A DNA stretch of 64,000 nucleotides. It comes from an uncultured Verrucomicrobiae bacterium. GTDB taxonomy: Bacteria > Verrucomicrobiota > Verrucomicrobiia > Limisphaerales > DASXHY01. The stretch is from NCBI GenBank assembly GCA_963699145.1, contig OY969416.1, positions 4,254,456 through 4,318,455 on the forward strand. Reading direction: 5' to 3'. The position numbers were made by a program, and so were the translations under genes. Within the stretch, counting starts at the first letter, position 1; every line of letters begins with the position of its first letter. The notes under the pieces are model-generated. The model was not told the DNA's origin, did not search any database, and saw only the letters and a list, made by a program, of their open reading frames with translations. This document shows positions 61,956 through 64,000 of the stretch, in pieces.

Positions 61956-63909
61956 GTGAAATCCGCCATTCGCGTCGCCGCGCCGCCGCCAAAGCCGTTG
62001 CTGGTTTATGACGGCCAGTGCGGATTTTGCAAACTTTGGGTGAATCGCTGGCGTTGCGCCACGGGCGAGTCGGTCGATTATCTGCCCTCGCAAGATCCGC
62101 AGATCGCGGAGCGGTTCCCGGAGATTCCGCGCGCAGGCGTTTGCTGCGTCCGTGCAATTCATCGAGCCCGACGGCCTGGTTTACAAGGGCGCGGAAGCGG
62201 TGTTCCGCTCCCTCAGCCACCATCCCCACTTCCATTGGCCGCTGGATGTCTATGAAGTTTTTCCTCCTTTCGCGAGAATCACGGAATGGTCTTACCAGCT
62301 CGTCGCCCGGCATCGCGCCTTTTTTTCGTTCGTCACAAAATTGCTTTGGGGCCGGCATGTGGAACGGCCTTCGTATGTTTTGGTGCGGCGCGCGTTCCTG
62401 GGCTGCCTCGGCGTCATTTACCTCATCGCATTCCTTTCGCTATGGGTGCAACTCGATGGATTAATCGGAAGCAAAGGCATCGTCCCCGCGGCGCAAACCA
62501 TGGCCGGAATCAGGCAGGCCTCCCAGGCCATGAACCTGGGACTGAGCCGCTACTACCGCGCCCCGACGCTGTGCTGGTTCGGCGCCGGCGACGGTTTCCT
62601 GAACGCCCAATGCGCCGCCGGCGTGGCGCTCGCGGTCCTGTTGATCATCGGCATCGCCCCCGCGCCATGTCTGTTTCTATTATGGTTGATTTATCTCTCG
62701 CTCTGCACGGTGGGAGATCCGTTTCTCAGTTTCCAATGGGACGCGCTGCTTTTGGAAACGGGATTTCTCGCCATTTTTTTTGCGCCGTTGCAATGGCGGC
62801 CGAAAAATCCCGCGCGGGAAAAACCGCCGTCCGTCGTCGCGCTCTGGTTGTTGCGCTGGCTGCTGTTCAAACTGATGTTTCGCTCGGGTTGCGTAAAACT
62901 GACCAGCGGCGATCCCACGTGGCGCCATCTGACCGCGCTGAATTATCATTTTGAAACGCAACCGTTGCCGACGTGGATTGGCTGGCATGTGCACCAATTC
63001 CCGGAGTGGATCCATAAGAGCGATACCGTGTTCATGTTCGCGATTGAATTGGCGGTTCCGTTCCTGATTTTCCTGCCGCGGCGACCCCGTCAACTCGCCT
63101 GCCTGGCTTTTCTCGCGCTGCAGTTCTTCATCCTGCTCACGGGCAATTATTGCTTCTTCAATTTGCTGGCGATGGTCCTGTGCCTGACGCTGCTGGATGA
63201 CGCCGCGTTGCAACGATGTTTGCCGGCGCGATGGTGTCGCAGGTCCGAAGACATTGCGCCGGCGCATCGCTCCGCTCTCGAAATCTGCCGCCGCGTGACC
63301 GTGGTACCGGTCGTCGCGATCATGATGCTCACTTCGTTCGTGCAATTCTATGACATGTTCCATTCGAACGTCCGCTTGCCGGCTCGATTGCTCCGGGCTT
63401 ACGAAAACGTGGAACCGCTCCGCACGTTCAACGGCTACGGATTGTTCCAGGTGATGACGACTTCGCGCCCGGAGATCATCGTTCAGGGCAGCAACGACGG
63501 CGTGAACTGGCGGAACTACGAATTCAAATACAAGGCCGGTGATTTGAAGCGGCGTCCGGCCTTCGTGGAGCCGCATCAACCCAGGCTGGATTGGCAGATG
63601 TGGTTTGCGGCGTTGGGCAACTATCAAAGCAATCCGTGGTTCGTGCAATTCTGCGTGCGGCTGCTGGAAGGCTCGCCGCCGGTGTTGGAATTGCTCGACA
63701 AAAATCCGTTTCCGGACGCGCCGCCGAAATATATTCGCGCGGTCGTGTTCGAATATCATTTCACGGATGCCGCGACGAAAAAGAAAACCGGCGAATGGTG
63801 GCGGCGGGAATTGGCGGGAGGTTATCTGCCGGTCATTTCGCTGCGCACCGAACCCGGCGGGCAGAGTGGTTTGCCCACCGCTCCTGATCAACGGGAGAAC
63901 GCGCGCTGA
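61956..63909 (+). pseudogene. DCC-family thiol-disulfide oxidoreductase fused to a lipase maturation factor (LMF)-family membrane domain; one frameshift near 62127-62137
   Basis: Frame 1 (ORF 61956..62255) reads LLVYDGQCGFCKLWVNRWRCATGESVDYLPSQDPQIAERFPEIPR. The DCC domain continues in the frame of ORF 62152..63909 (AQAFAASVQFIEPDGLVYKGAEAVFRSL...). A multi-TM LMF-like region follows (FLSFQWDALLLETGFLAIFFAP..., PRLDWQMWFAAL). The shift lies in CCGCGCGCAGG. Confidence 0.75.
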
Positions 63910-64000
63910 CCGGTGCTCGCGCGGCTATTTCCCTTTTCCGTGTCCAGTTCGTTGTCCTGCCAGGCTTCAAACCCGCCGTCCATTTCCATGACCTGATAGC
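63889..64000 (-). CDS. C-terminal fragment of a rhodanese-like protein (gene continues beyond window end)
   Basis: Own translation of the minus strand gives ...YQVMEMDGGFEAWQDNELDTEKGNSRASTGQRAFSR*. The L/M-x-GG-x-x-AW pattern is typical of rhodanese C-termini. Only 36 codons are visible. Confidence 0.35.

Overview
High-GC chromosomal segment. Gene content (CAZymes, SGNH esterases, a Tat-exported protein, PAP2/GT-C fusion) and dense REP-like intergenic hairpins suggest a PVC/Verrucomicrobiota-type bacterium; this is inference only. I call about 47 protein-coding loci and one tRNA-Ala(CGC). I saw no rRNA, CRISPR array, IS element or integrase. Most genes are housekeeping: mutM, ogg, pyrH, apt, rpoD, proS, rpiB, plsY, htrA/degP, and class I and class II fumarases. 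The stand-out feature is a compact ~15 kb minus-strand NRPS locus (30720-46044). It is one giant synthetase, split in the ORF track by a 1-nt frameshift in a T4 run. By motif reading its domain order is C-A-T-TE-A-T-C-A-T-C-FkbH-T-TE. It has an internal thioesterase, and both TE domains carry Cys at the nucleophile position (GGYCFGG). An FkbH-like glyceryl-loading domain replaces the adenylation domain of the last module. A SyrD-type cyclic-peptide ABC exporter overlaps the NRPS 3' end. Other notable items follow. A VapBC toxin-antitoxin pair sits between the two subunit genes of the class I fumarate hydratase. An unannotated 53-aa ORF lies next to an HExxH (aKG-HExxH-like) protein, a possible mini-RiPP pair. 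plsY is translationally coupled to a GNAT/class-V aminotransferase fusion. There is a ClpX paralog without a zinc-finger N-domain. Several families of structured intergenic repeats are present. Four frameshifts hit otherwise well-conserved genes: the RND pump (twice), the NRPS, and a DCC/lipase-maturation-factor fusion. All four lie at simple repeats, so sequencing error must be excluded before calling any of them a pseudogene.
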